A DNA stretch of 61,947 bases, filler included, from Choristocarpus tenellus KU-1152 (GCA_964200185.2; 11 parts of 11 records of this genome joined end to end with filler, not necessarily neighbours in it), one strand, 5' to 3'; positions 39,001 through 52,090 are shown, counted from the first letter of the whole stretch. Numbers and translations: made by a program. Notes: generated by a model from the letters alone, not told the origin.

Positions 39001-40458
39001 ACTTGAAACCTTACATTCCAAACACCCAACCACCTGAACCTGATTTTATGAAACTCGGTGGATTTTTTCTTGGTCGAACTTTACCCTTACCGGATCTGGA
39101 TGATTTAGAATCGCCAGTAACCATTGGTCCTTACATTGTTGAAGCTATGGTAGGACACAAGTTTGGCCGTGGACCTCGTTCACCTATGAACATAGAATAT
39201 AGATTACGCCTTAAAGGCTATGACCGTGCTTCTGATGTATTCTATCGTCCACGTGATTTGCCACAATGTGCAGAAATTATTGCTGCATATAGGCAACAAA
39301 ATTGTCTGGATACACGTCATTCCAACACAAAATCTTCGGTTGATATCAACTCTGATCCATGAACAAGTTTCCATACTTCATTGAATTTTGTGCTGAAGGT
39401 AATATATATTTTGAAATATATATGTGTTGCGAAATTTGTTTGTGTGTCAGTCAATGTTTGGTGGTTGTGTTGTTACACATGTATATCTTTTTGATGTATA
39501 TGTCACATGGATTTTTATTTGGCCATATCAATTTATGATAAGTTGATTTATTTTTTTTGTACATGTGCACCCATATATGAACAGAGGAGACCCGAGTTCA
39601 TTTTTTCTTAATGACTCTTGCACACTTGTTTTATTTTATTTCCTTTTTTTTCCTTTTTCAGGAGGACAACTGTTTTGCTCAACAGTTATTTCAGTGATGG
39701 TGTATGGCCAACTCCATCCCGGCGTTTGTCCACGGTTTCAAATCGATTTTTTTTTGTTCAATTTTTCTTTCTTTCTTTTCCTTTTTTTCCATTTTGTTTC
39801 GAATTGGTTTGAACATCCATGTGATAAGCTGTTGACCTTTATATACGCAAGTATATACTGATTGGTGCTGCATCTATACAGCTGTTATTTGATCACGATT
39901 TCTGCGCTCCCTTTGGGAGTCTCCCATTTTCTTGTTTCCTCATTTGAGATTATGGTCCATGCTTTTGCAACTGTATCTCCTTGCTTGCCTTTGCCCTTTT
40001 TCTTGTTGAAGATTTGACCAGACGTGGTCGTATCTGATACATTGAAATCGTGATCATTCCTGTGTCCAGATATGTTTAGTTATCTCACCCCTGATCAAGG
40101 TGAAGCGGCACTGATTTGGTTGCCACCAAATTAACCTTACTTACAAGTGCTAAGTTGTGAGGCCTCACGAAAAACACTTCTTGTTCTGCATTTTTGCAAA
40201 TTTGCAGATAATTTTTTTTTGTGTATACAGTCTTGCAAGACAGTATTTCCTTATTGAGAGACTGTATCTTATTTTATTTTATTTTCAATGCTCATGTCAG
40301 TTGTTCTGCACACACGTTTCCTCCATTTCCCATTGACACTTATGTTGTTTTGATACCTGCATCAAACCACATGAGGGGGGGGGGTGATGTGATAGCCATA
40401 TTCCACAGAAGGTATACCCTGAAGGTAACCTATCTTGAACATCATGTATAAGGTATAC
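33069..40458 (+). mobile_element. Near full-length decayed Ty3/Gypsy LTR retrotransposon (gag, PR, spacer, RT, RH, IN, chromodomain-like), with PPT and start of 3' LTR
   Basis: Gag QKSDETLEAYALRFRHLL; PR VILDTAS; RT SPWGSP..PRFCIDYR and LCYMDDLIL; RH VDASNLGSGGFL, FTDHAAL, LTRWALAL; IN HACHDHPASGGH, CERCQLCQ, RPFEWIAVDL, LHFDQGSEFE; chromo-like YIVEAMVGH...EYRLRLKGY (39130-39295); PPT GAGGGGGGGGGG 40373-40384, then TGTGATAGCC at 40388. Confidence 0.93.
35029..35401. mobile_element. 373-bp insertion, probable solo LTR, with 5-bp TSD TGATA inside the protease gene
   Basis: Starts TGTTG and ends ACGAAGA (degenerate ..AACA); TGATA at 35024-35028 and 35402-35406; excision restores LDTASDIPCISHKFL. 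Confidence 0.85.
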
Positions 40459-40558
40459 NNNNNNNNNNNNNNNNNNNNNNNNNNNNNNNNNNNNNNNNNN
40501 NNTTAATTAATTAANNNNNNNNNNNNNNNNNNNNNNNNNNNNNNNNNNNNNNNNNNNN

Positions 40559-40649
40559 GATGTATGCAACCAAATAACCCAAAAATCGCGACATATAAAA
40601 ATTGACTCCAAATGGACAGCTGCCACCCCCTCCCAGATACTTGAGCCTC
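40559..40649. mobile_element. Sola2-like TIR end, third subfamily
   Basis: CCAAATGGACAGCTGCCACCCCCTCCCAGATACTTGAGCCTC, reverse-complement partner type of 24982. Confidence 0.7.
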
Positions 40650-41972
40650 AATCTCAAATTGGTCCAGAATACATTTCTCACGCATCAACCCCTCCAAATA
40701 AGAAAGTAAAAACCTGACAATATGTATGACATAAAATAACCCTTGAACTCTTCACATAACTAAAGCTCGAAATTCAAACCCTTCAACATTTCCTCACCCT
40801 AAAATCCAACCCCTAGCCTGTACATACTAATCAGAATACTCTGAATTTACTCAAGATACGTAAGTATATATTTATATTATTATGCCCTCTGACGTTTTGT
40901 AGATGTGTCAGGGGGGAAACCAATGAAAACTATAGACATGTCGGTATAAGCCCTAAAGAAATAAAATGTCATAAATGTGAAAGACACTAATCTTCTTGTT
41001 ACTTCACCACTATCCATGTTGCACTGCTGCCTTCCTGTGCCTCCTATCACCTATTTCGTGCTCTATCAACTTGGTCCTATCCACATACCTCTACAAGGAA
41101 TCCCTGCTTGGTCAAGTCCCAATCTCTCACGTTGGTCCCGAAAGTGAAAGCTAGCACCGGTCCCATGATGGGAGACACCTGAGTGCAGCAAGAGCAGTAG
41201 ACCCAGTCAAGGGTCGAGCGACAAATATAATGGTGCAAAGCAAAACCGCAGAACACAAAATAGGACTGAAGATCTCCATCATTCTTTTCCTCAACATCAA
41301 AGAAGGAAGGTTTGGTAACCCATTTCTTATGGACTCACTCATGTACAGTACGTGTCGGAATACCGAATATGTGTGAGTAGGGGGATTCGTTCCTACAATT
41401 TCCTCTTGTGACGACGTCAGAAATGTAGTACCCAGAATAATCGAGTTGTGGCCTACCTGTTCTTTCTTTTTTGTTTCATTGTAAGAGAACCTACTCGGCA
41501 AGTCGAACAAATACGAAACAGAAAAGAGAAAACACATCAGAACAGATAACGGAGAAAATCAAATCGTCAAATGTGAAACCGCAGCATTTGAAACAGCTGA
41601 GAGCGACCACCATCACAGGGAATAAACCGAAGGACACAAAATGAAAAACAGGAGGAAAAAACCACAATCACGAGATGGGAGACAGTGCAGGAGAACGGAC
41701 TGCACTGGAGCACACACTTAAAACAAATGAGACCGTAATAGTACTACTTAGAAATGAAAATGAAAATGTAAAAGAGCAAAGAGCAGCCACCACCATCTAA
41801 GGGGAGAGGGGAGAGAGGGAAAACTGTTTGGAGTACACATGTTACCAAATCCGATTGTCTTATCCCCGAAACGTAAAACCCATGTTGCTGATGAGGAAAG
41901 CTGCATGACCAAGCACATCACCTCCTGCCAACCTAGGCACACAACCCAACCAAAATCACAGTCAGCACTCAC

Positions 41973-44848
41973 CAGCATGGCAGCGACGACAACAACCATG
42001 TTGTTGGTTCCAAGACCAATCGCGGCAATGGTACAGCTGATGATGAGAAACATGATGTAGTCGAATGTCAGGCTCGAACCGATACGGATCTCCTCCGTCA
42101 CCTACTTGATTGGATCAATATTTATTCATTGGCATATCGAAATAAAAACGAAAAAAGGTCCATTGCTAAGCCGCGGAAAATGACAGGAGTTGGTTGTATA
42201 CGTGGTAATAATTAGTGATATCTAAGTTCTCTGGGGTTGACTAATACAGTAGTACGTACTAAAAAATATACTGAGAAATAATAATAAAAAGAGGTAAACG
42301 CACAGGGATAAGGTGAGGGGATAGAAGTATGCACGTCAAGCTTACATAGATATCAAGTACACTTAATCAGTCAAGATAAATGAAAAGTACTCAAAGTTGT
42401 ATTTTATGGATGATAAGAAATACGTGCAAAGTTCGGTGTTTCGTTAACGTGTAAAGGATATTGCTGTAATTGTGTCAGAGAAGTTTCAAACAATAGAGAA
42501 AAAAAACGCACTCAAGTCAAAAGTGGAAGTTCATCCATAGAAATATGGGTGGATTGCAAAATATTGAAAAACAGACTTGAAACGCAAAAAAACGGTCAAA
42601 ACCTGGGTACCACTCGTCAACTTTGTGCCTCGGTAACTGTATAACGAGTTATGTGCTTATTTCGAAAAGTAGAAGGTGCGCATGAAGTGAACAGGTGCAG
42701 ATGCTGCTATGATATGTCAATCATTCTATCTTCGTGCATAATCATTAGTATCAAAGAAGTGGAGGGGGTCGACTGCCTGTTGAGGTTGAGTCTCTTGTTG
42801 CCTCAACAAAGAAATTATCCCATTGCGAGAGATAGGGGGGAAGGAATCCGGCCGAGCACAAATATTTCAAAATGTATGGAACAGCAATCCGCATGCCAGC
42901 ACTATCCATGGAGAAACAAATAATTACATCCATGCATAAGGCTTCATTGCCTAATGATGGTGGTTACTAACGAGTAGCATGCCCAGATCAGAATTTCATA
43001 CCCTGGAATTGTTTTTCCTGCAAGGTTTGGCAGATACATTTCTGGAATAACGTGCTTGTATTGTTTTTTCTGATCCTTTTTAATCTTTCAAAAGCATTAT
43101 TATCGTATTACCATTCATCTCGTACCGCCTATAAGAAGGTACGCATCTAGAAATGTGGTGCATGCAAATGAGGAATCTGTAATGGATATCTTCAATAGTT
43201 AACTCCTGTCTTATTTGGATGCTAGACCTGTTGTTGCTGTAGCTCGTTTCCCCTCCTCTTCCCTCCCCAATGGGAGATACTGTACTATTAGTATTATTAA
43301 AAAATGAAAAATAGATGCTATCATCATGGCAGGAATAAAGTAGAACTGGTCTGCATCACCACAACCAGAAAAACGTGCAATACTAACCCTACCCAAAAAC
43401 CTCGTAACAACCGTTTATATATTTCTATTTGCAGCAATTCAAAAATATATAATTTCTACGAACACTATAACAAGAAAAACTCTTATCCCTTCATATCTAC
43501 AGTTTCTTAACAATTATATATCACTCTCACTTTTGTACGAAAGGTAAGGTACACCTCCTGTAGTCCTCTCCACTGGGCAAACATAGATATCTGCACTATT
43601 ATACTATTGTTGTAAAATCGATGTTCTGTTTCACAATATTTACATCTGACCTGCACAAAACCATTTCATTTTGCACAACCCCTCTCGTCACCCTCCTCAT
43701 CCCAACTTCCACACATACCAACACAAGTAAAATACATATACACCCCTGTCCCCATCCGCACGCCTCTCCCATCAAAAACGTTCCCAACACACAAAATCAA
43801 CAAGTGCACCAAGTCCTACACACAAGAACACCTTGTTTACCCCCACTGCTCTCCCCCTCTCATCCTCGCTACATACACAGGAAAAATCAAACCTGCTCGA
43901 CCCTGATCTGTGAAGCAATTGCTCGGAACTTATCGCTCGCCCTCTTTCTCCGTGCAGATTCCGTCACCTCCGCCCTCAGATCTTTGTCCCCTACGCTTGC
44001 TGACATCAATAAATCACTCCTCTCGTGCTGACCGCTTTTCCTTTGGTCAGCTCCATTTCCACCATTGCTGCTCATATTGCTACCTCCACTATCCCCCCCA
44101 AGGACAACGACCTCCCCATCCTCATTCCCTACCCTCATGGACAATGAGGAAGAACTCGCCCCTACTGATGGCATCAGTGCCCCCGGCGCCAATATCGGCC
44201 CTGATACCATTGTTGCATTGGCGTCAGCCATTGTAGCCTTCTCCTCTACCTCCTCGAGTTTCTTCCTTGCCCGCTGCCGTTGAACACATGTGCGACTTAT
44301 CTCCAGTGGAATAACATTAACTGAGCCCACTTCAGAGCCTATTCCAACAACCTCCAAGCTTTTCAATGCGTTGTGGAAGGGTTCAGGGTTAGGGTTCTGG
44401 GACGTAACTAGGGTTGCAGTGTACTTGGCGGTATGCTATTAGGACTGTGAAAGAAAACGACCCAATAGCACAATGGATTCAGTTTGTACCGTCATTGGCA
44501 TACTTTATAACCGCCATGCCAACCCACAAGCCCCCAAATATCAGTAGGCAGCAGTGTTTAAGCTTCATGAAAACCGACAGTCTGGACAATATTGGACGAT
44601 ACATTGCATCCTGTTAGGGTTCGAGTTGGCGAAATCTGGATTATGAAGATCTGCCTTCAGGGTCATTGCTGATGGTTTGGATGATCATCGCTCCACATGT
44701 AAAGTTTGGGGTGGGGGGGTGGGAGGGGGGGGAGGGGCTGAGGAAGTCTGTAATCATACACGGAAAGNNNNNNNNNNGGAGGAAAGGTGGTTGGTGTAGG
44801 TCGCTGTGTGGGGTCGTGTGTTGTGGGTGGGGGAATCCCCGGCCTACA

Positions 44849-44886
<38 letters not shown>

Positions 44887-45803
44887 GGGGCTGAGGAAGT
44901 CTGTAATCATACACGGAAAGTTGGAATGGCTAGGAAGAACAAAGAACGGAGAGGGAGGTTAAGCAATGGCAACGAACAGGGGAAAGGTAGGAGAGGTCTA
45001 GGCATACATGACATAGCGACCAGTTTATTCCTTCATTGTCAAAGATGTTTGGGGTGGGAATAGCATCATGTTTATTAAACATTTGAAGGACGTTGTAAGA
45101 TTTGGGTCGAAATCAAAAATTGACAAATAGTTAGGACTATTCATTAGGGTCCTAGCATTGATTTAGATTTGACACTGGTGCTAGGGTGAAAGTTACTGTG
45201 AGATTAAGTGCTTATGCTTCGGATAGGATTAGCACCACAGTTGGGGTTTGTGTTCTACAATCAAATGTTGTGGTTGGAATTGAAAATAGTGTTTATTCCC
45301 GTTGAAGGGTGAGCCCAACAACATGATTGATTCGCCTAGGTAGTGTAGGGTAGAGCCAAATAACTGTTACAGAGAATAGGACTCGAACGAGATTCTACCA
45401 CTATCAAGTAGAACCAGCACAATATCAGCGGGCAAAAATAGGGGTTACCCGCATCAAAAAGGGGTGAAAATACCATTCTTTCAAGATCAAAGTTATGTCA
45501 GGATTCTCCTAAGTACTATATTATGCTAGTTTAAGTTATTAATAGCTAGGTCATGGACAATGTGAGGAATAAAAATTCAGCTTGGAGAGCTTTGGGCATA
45601 CAATAAAGGTCCATGAAACAGCAGTACATGTATCCACATTGTCACCTTGAGAGTATGAAGTGTGAATCATTGCTGTCACAGGGGAACAAGACAGTCATGT
45701 GGTTACCCATCATCGTGTCATGGAAGCTTGCATCTCCAGTCAAGAATCCATCTTCCTTAAGCTCTGATAACGCTTTTCTCACATGTTCCTCAATATTTAT
45801 TTC
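41973..45803 (-). CDS. DUF389 (TIGR00341-like) membrane protein, partial multi-exon gene
   Basis: Exons 45803-45707, ~44434-43893 (LKSLEVVGIGSEVGSVNVIPL...ASQIRVEQ) and 42101-41973 (VTEEIRIGSSLTFDYIMFLIISCTIAAIGLGTNNMVVVVAAML); the last two are joined in frame by a GT-AG intron, while the phase of the first join is unresolved. Confidence 0.82.
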
Positions 45804-45815
45804 CTGGAGAATCGA

Positions 45816-45859
45816 GGGGCAAGGGCAAGGGCAAGGGCAAGGGCAAGGGCAAGGGCAAG
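45816..45859. repeat. (GGGCAA)7 hexamer microsatellite next to a splice acceptor
   Basis: Directly visible; reads (TTGCCC)n on the gene strand, just upstream of the CAG acceptor. Confidence 0.95.
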
Positions 45860-46227
45860 GTAGGTTGAGAATCGGCTAATACTTACGTTACGCTTAGGGT
45901 ATAGGATGTTGGGGAAAAGGCAAGGTCCACACAGATGTGTTGCATGCAACCTGGATGTAGATAGAAGGTATAAAAGGTGATGGCAAGAATTGTCACGACG
46001 ATGGACGCCCCTTTTGGAAAAAAACGAACAGCATCTTTTCATATATTCCTACTAAAGATCTTGATGTTATTTGCAAAAAAAATATAATGGCAGCAAAAGG
46101 TTCACGATGGTTCAAAGTATCTGGGGGNNNNNNNNNNNNNNNNNNNNNNNNNNNNNNNNNNNNNNNNNNNNTTAATTAATTAANNNNNNNNNNNNNNNNN
46201 NNNNNNNNNNNNNNNNNNNNNNNNNNN

Positions 46228-48326
46228 TTCCATGGCAGAATCACCTGCGCCCCTCCATATGTTGCGACCTTCCCCCTTTCCACCCGTGCCGGAAGAGAGA
46301 CACTTGCGCTTTCTAGTGGTCCTTGGCGTCAATTCTGAGTCCGAATCCACCACTTTGAACCTGCGAGAACGCACTACCCTAAGACCTGGGAGTATGTTGA
46401 ATGGTGATCTGGTGTCATTCTTTGCTTGGGGTTTGCACACCCTCCCGACCACGGGCGTGACGAACATCTGTCCGGGGCCAACCTGAGAGAAGGGGAGGAG
46501 GACCTGTTGACGGCTTCCACTCTGTGGCACTTTTGACGTGAATTCAATGTTTGCGTCGTCTGCCTTCTCGGTCCAACGCATGTAGTAGAGAGGGCAAGTG
46601 GCTACCACGCGCAAGTAGAGCTCTGTGCCTGGCCCACACACCTCCATTCCAGGCGAAAGCATGCACTTAAGCTGTCTGTTGTTGGCCACATGAAGTAGGC
46701 GAATGTACTGTTCTTCTTGGTCTTCAGGAGAGATCAAACTGAAGGCCTCTGATCGAGAGTTACACACTTCGAGATCACCCCACGCAGGGAGATCATTTCT
46801 GCCGACTTTGTAGTCTTTCCCTTCAACGGGAACAAGGCCATTTCAGCGGGATTTGAGGACGAGCTTGCACACGGCTGAATATTGCGGAAGACAAAGACGG
46901 CGGTGGGGTTGGGTGGGGTCGAGGGGTGTTGAGGGGGGGGGGGGCAGAGTACGGCGATTCATGAATGTTCGCGATTTGGAGGTAATATCGTCCGAAGAAG
47001 GTGGTGCAAAAACGGCAACCCTATTGTGGCAAAAAGTCAAACACACTACCGATGCAATACTTACCTGTAAGGCCCATATTTTTGTACACGACGTATTTGG
47101 GTACCGCATTAGGTAGGTTAGGACTCGGGAATAAAAAAAAGATAGTCTTTTCTGCGTGCCGGTAACTAAACTCTGCCGTTCGATCTTCACAAAATACGTA
47201 AGTTAGTGCATTCAATACCACATTCACCTCGATCTGGTAGCCGAAGTCCGTCGCCACCGTCTTCGCAACGAAAATGGTCGCCTCATCGCGTCCCATTGCC
47301 TTTCCCTGAGGATGGACGGCCTCAGCAAAACATCGCTGCGTTCCATTGGGACGAGGGTCTGCCCCAAGGCTTCCTACAGGCAGGAAGGGTCTATCACACG
47401 TTCTTGAACAAGAGACGTGGATACCTGGAACATCATGTGCGTACTTGTGATAGCCCAACAATGTGGCAGTGAAGTGGGTTAGCCATGCGATAAGGTTTTG
47501 TCACATATGTATGGGTTATTCCGGCGTTGGTTAAAGATGTTGTGGTGTACTGCAGCATGTTTGTTTTTTGTTCGTGCGGGGAAGGAGGACATTATGACGG
47601 GACAAGGGTTAGGTGGGGAGCGATCGCGGGACACACGCGGCCTGTGGCACCGAGAAACATGTTGCTGTGGACAGGAATACCATAACGGATAAAAGAGATG
47701 AGCAAAGAAAAGATCCACAATGGGCTGGCTGACAATGAACATAGAAAGGGAAACTCGGCAACAACTTCGTATATCAGAATAGTCATCAAGCGATCACGGA
47801 ACAACGAAAACACTCAACTTACTTCGGTGCTTAGTTGATCAGAACGGACAGACGATTATGGAACAACAAAAACACTCCATCACCCACCGTTGGCAATTAG
47901 CCTCTCTTCTGCTTGGTTGAACTCCATGTAGATCCGCATGGTGAAAGCGTGCTCGGGATCAAACGCTCTATTCAGCACCGTTACTCTATGGTTTCCGTCC
48001 AATACATGCCCTTCAATGGCAAGCGCAGTTTCGGCGTTGAGCTGATCCACATTACCTAAACATTCTCGCTGGATAACAACACTTGGAGCAAACTGCTCCA
48101 GCCAGCCTTTCTCCTTTATAGACTTCCTCGCAAGCGCAAGGCCATGCTCGCTTAAAGGATGCACCATATCTGTGTATGTGACGTTTGTGAGTTTCATCTT
48201 ATACGAGCCAAGGTAGTGCTGCTCAAGGAGCTGGGACATGCCCTTCAGAGTTAAGTCCCGCGTTCTGAATCCGTGGGCATTTCTATCGGGGAGCGGGTGG
48301 GTTGTTGTGGAGGGAATGTTGAACAT
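46228..48326 (-). CDS. ParB/Srx-like N-terminal domain protein (DGNHR motif), probably spliced; 3' end runs into the linker
   Basis: Exon 48326-47885: VHPLSEHGLALARKSIKEKGWLEQFAPSVV...HVLDGNHRVTVL...ERLIANG, then GT; downstream open frames 47461-47066 and ~46840-46228 are possible further exons. Confidence 0.6.
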
Positions 48327-48670
48327 GGCAAAGATTGGGAGGGTGTGATGGGGATGGATAAGTAAGAGGTCTGCGTGGTATCTACGGAAGGGAATAAATT
48401 GAAATGAGGACTGAGGGATGGGAGGTGCTGTTTTATGTTGTCTGGTCTGTCGATCCTCAAAACTCAGATTTCACAATTTTTTATGAGAATTGTGTTACAA
48501 AAATACGAATATCAAACACAGCATACGATTTCATATTGAACTGGGACAGAGATTATCTTATTATTGTGACCTTTTCGTTTCGTACGTTTCAAACGTATTA
48601 GATCAGTGAAGGATGTGGTTTGTATCTGTATTTGTTGGTGTAAAGACTAGAATATCATTCTACTTTTGGA

Positions 48671-48968
48671 AAAACCCTAACGCACGTGTTTTGGGTGTTC
48701 AATGGTATTCAAGATTACCGCTAACCTTGAATACCGTAGATTCGCTTTTTTGTGGTCTCTAGTGTTTTTTAGTGTTTATTTAAATACTATAGACGCCAAA
48801 AAGCGGATTTAGTATTTAATTAAATAGGGGGTACCAGTTGGAAAGGCTTATTAGGGTTTCTGAAAATTGGAAAAGTGTGAGACCCATAAAGTGCGTTCTT
48901 GGTATTATTAAAAACCCTAAGAACGGTTTTTTGTGGATTTAGTATTTTTTTAAACCCTAACGCACGTG
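48671..48968. repeat. Hairpin-rich AT-rich region bounded by direct repeats AAACCCTAACGCACGTG
   Basis: Direct repeat at 48672 and 48952; perfect IR GGTATTCAAG/CTTGAATACC (48704-48735); imperfect long IR 48739-48810. Confidence 0.7.
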
Positions 48969-49158
48969 TAAAGTGGATATTTGGTTATTCGCGACTAGTG
49001 GTAATNNNNNNNNNNNNNNNNNNNNNNNNNNNNNNNNNNNNNNNNNNNNTTAATTAATTAANNNNNNNNNNNNNNNNNNNNNNNNNNNNNNNNNNNNNNN
49101 NNNNNGGTATATGGTATACGAGCAATACGGTATAATAACAGACAAACATGCTTTCCAC

Positions 49159-49597
49159 ACATTCACTAATACAATTATTATGCTCTCTGATAACTTACGG
49201 ATTATTATGTTGAGCAATTAAGTGATTATTGCTTTCCACTTCAAAGTAATAAACTACATGTGATTCCAAAATAAATATCTATGACTTTGAGTGTGGTGAT
49301 AGGTACTTACAATATCTTTGATATATATAGACATATCTGGTGTATTTATTGCTTGATGCTATGTCCATAACATTTTAGGATTAGAGGTGTATTGTTAACA
49401 TTCACTAATACAATTATTATGCTCTCTGATAACTTACGTCTTATTATGTTGAGCAATTAAGTGATTATTGCTTTCCACTGCAAAGTAATTAACTACATGT
49501 GATTCCAAAATAAATATCTATGACTTTGAGTGTGGTGATAGTTATTTATAATATCTTTGATATATATCTGGTGTATTTATTGCTTGATGCTATGTCC
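49159..49597. repeat. Tandem duplication with ~240-bp period
   Basis: ACATTCACTAATACAATTATTATGCTCTCTGATAACTTACG...GCTTGATGCTATGTCC at 49159-49366 and 49398-49597. Confidence 0.92.
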
Positions 49598-51116
49598 TTC
49601 AACAGTTTACAGATGTGTGAGGGCAAAAAGTCAATTAATTTTCGTTGCAAAAGTAAGAGATATTTAAATGTGACTTTATCATCTTAATTTCGCGAAGATA
49701 ATTTCAAGTCCGGGAGAGATTCGACATTGTTTCCACGTTGACTTGATTCCTTTTGATGTTGTTCACTTTAGTCATTGATGCCATTACTAGAGATGTTCTC
49801 TTTCTCCAATGTAGAATAAAAAAAGCAACGGATCTAAACAATCCGATCTCTCTACATTCCCGATTTATTGACTTTTCATGTTGCATACATCTATACATAT
49901 GTCGTATAATACCTTCTAATCTCTTCAATATGATGACAGTATAATCCACGATAGATTTCACCGACTCCAGAACAAAATGCAATACAACTAGAGTGTTATT
50001 AATCGGATCTCCTACAAGATTGTCGGATCCATTTGACGTGTTTTTCCTCATTACTCCTAGCACTATATGTTGTAATATTAGTGTAAGACTAAATAATGAA
50101 CCTTGAGATAATAATATGAAATATATTATAGTAGAACAAACTATTAGTTGGCAGGGGTTCGACAAGGACAAAATCCTCGTATTGAAAACAGTGTTACTAC
50201 TACTACTGACTATGTCAAATATATACGGAAGAGTATTGAGGAGGGGGATTCGACAAAGATACAGAATTACGTTAGACATTTGTATCTGAGAATTTTGATG
50301 TACTATATTTTTCTTATTGACATTTTCAGACAATTTGTTGTGATAGGTTGTGGGGTGGCGTAGGGTCACAGATATGTGATGAGTCGACTGTTCGTATGAT
50401 GTTGACATTGAAGGAGAACCACAATACTACAAGTACGTTTGTTCCAGAGCTTGTGGGTGTGGATCGATATATATATAGATCTAGAATGGTGGAATTCATT
50501 ATTCACTACGTATGCATCAAGTGTCACCCAAAATATTTTTTTTCTGGGTTCCTCAATAGGAAATACAAACAATCCAGTAATAGGTGGTCGGGTATACTAT
50601 TTTTTTGGCGGTTTACTCAATTCGTTCAGGGATCACAGTGTTAAGAACCCAGAGGCAGGACCAAACGGCCATTATCCGTATCTGACGAGTACGTCCCACC
50701 AACAATCAATTGGCGTGGCAAGGAGACCGTTGCACGCATTGTTTTCAGTCCTAGTTTGACAAGGGTATGGGTAAGAACCTCGGGGCTTGGTGTGGCGTCT
50801 TTTGAACTTCAATCTTAGTCCGCACGGAAGTTAGTGTGGGGTAGTCCGAACCAGAACGTGTGGGATAGAAAGAGGTGACTGGAACCAGGGGCTGCATTCA
50901 GAGGAGAGGGCGGTGCTGTATTCGAGGCGCGTGGTTCTGGGCTTTCGACCACTGTCTGGCGAAAAATTGTGGGACGCCCTGGAGGTGTGCGGTTGACACC
51001 GTTCCTACCCAGCCAGGAAGAGTTCAACGGCCAGGATCCTGTTTTTCCGAGAAACACCATTGGCACTAGGTGTTAAGAGGAGTGTGCACCGCAGGTGCCA
51101 ACCCGTCCGCTTCACC

Positions 51117-52090
51117 ATGCTGGACATGCACGAGTATACGCTCAAGTTTGTTCTGGTTGGGAGTGTCAATGTGGGGAAAAGCCAGTTGGTCCTGCGGTTC
51201 GTACGTAAAGGGTTCACTGAAGAGAGCCTTCCTACTGTGGGAATGGAATTTTCCACCAAAGCCCTTCAGTATGGCGATAACTGCAGGATTAGAGCTCAGG
51301 TGTGTACCCCAGTAGATGGGCCATATGTACTCCTGCAGCTCCTCTGGTCACGGTATCGGTTCTGTAATGAGGAGTTGCATCATCCATTCCTGGAACCCTC
51401 TTCCTACCCGGTTCCACCCATTGTTCCTCACCATGCAACTTCGTATCCATGTCTCTTATCTGCTCTGATCTGTATATTTCGTTGTCGTCCACCGTCGACC
51501 GTTCTTAATAATGATCGGGGATGCTGCAGATTTGGGACACATCGGGTAATGATAGATTCCAGTCCATGACTGAGGCGTACTACAGAGGCGCTGTCGGTGC
51601 CATGTTGACTTACGACATCACCAACCGCGCTTCTTTCGATGAGCTTGAGGGGTGGCTGCAACAAATACGGGAAAACTGCCACAAGAACATTGGTGAGAAG
51701 AAGGGCTTCGTTGAAGCAAGTAGAAAAAGCGACGGGAACTTAAATACAGTCCTGCTAATATCGATTAATTGGATTCTCCATACCTCACTATAATTGGCTA
51801 GATTTGGGGGCGATCTGTACCCTGTATCACGTGAATGTACTTTCAACGAGACCCCAGTCTTCTCTTTTCAAGATCGTGACAGCAGGTACGAATCAGTCAG
51901 TCTATCGAAATACCGCTGCATATGACACACCCGCACATTCCCATCCACCGCTTGTGCCATCTCTCTCCTCTGCCCCCAACCAGCCTTGTGCCTCGTTGGA
52001 AATAAATGTGACCACTCGGCGAAACAGCGGCAGGTGTCCATGGTGGAGGGGATGAAGTTTGCGCAGAAGCATGGTCTCGACTTCTGTGAG
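51117..52090 (+). CDS. Rab-family small GTPase, divergent; three exons seen, C-terminal exon(s) not located
   Basis: Exons 51117-51299 (KFVLVGSVNVGKSQLVLRF..PTVGMEF), 51530-51692 (IWDTSGNDRFQSMTEAYYRGAVGAMLTYDIT) and 51984-52090 (LVGNKCD); canonical GT-AG, phases consistent. Confidence 0.93.

Noticed and set aside
24982-40649. Pairing the TIR at 24982 with that at 40649 as one 15.7-kb element
   Set aside because: Two artificial linkers separate them and the flanks (ATGT/AATC) give no TSD
44728-44920. Duplicated 40-mer and poly-G flanking a 10-N gap; poly-Pro/Gly ORFs
   Set aside because: Likely scaffolding overlap or homopolymer artefact inside an intron
49704-50408. 234-aa minus-strand ORF and a GVRQG motif on the plus strand
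   Set aside because: No supporting RT motifs or recognisable domain; cannot be assigned
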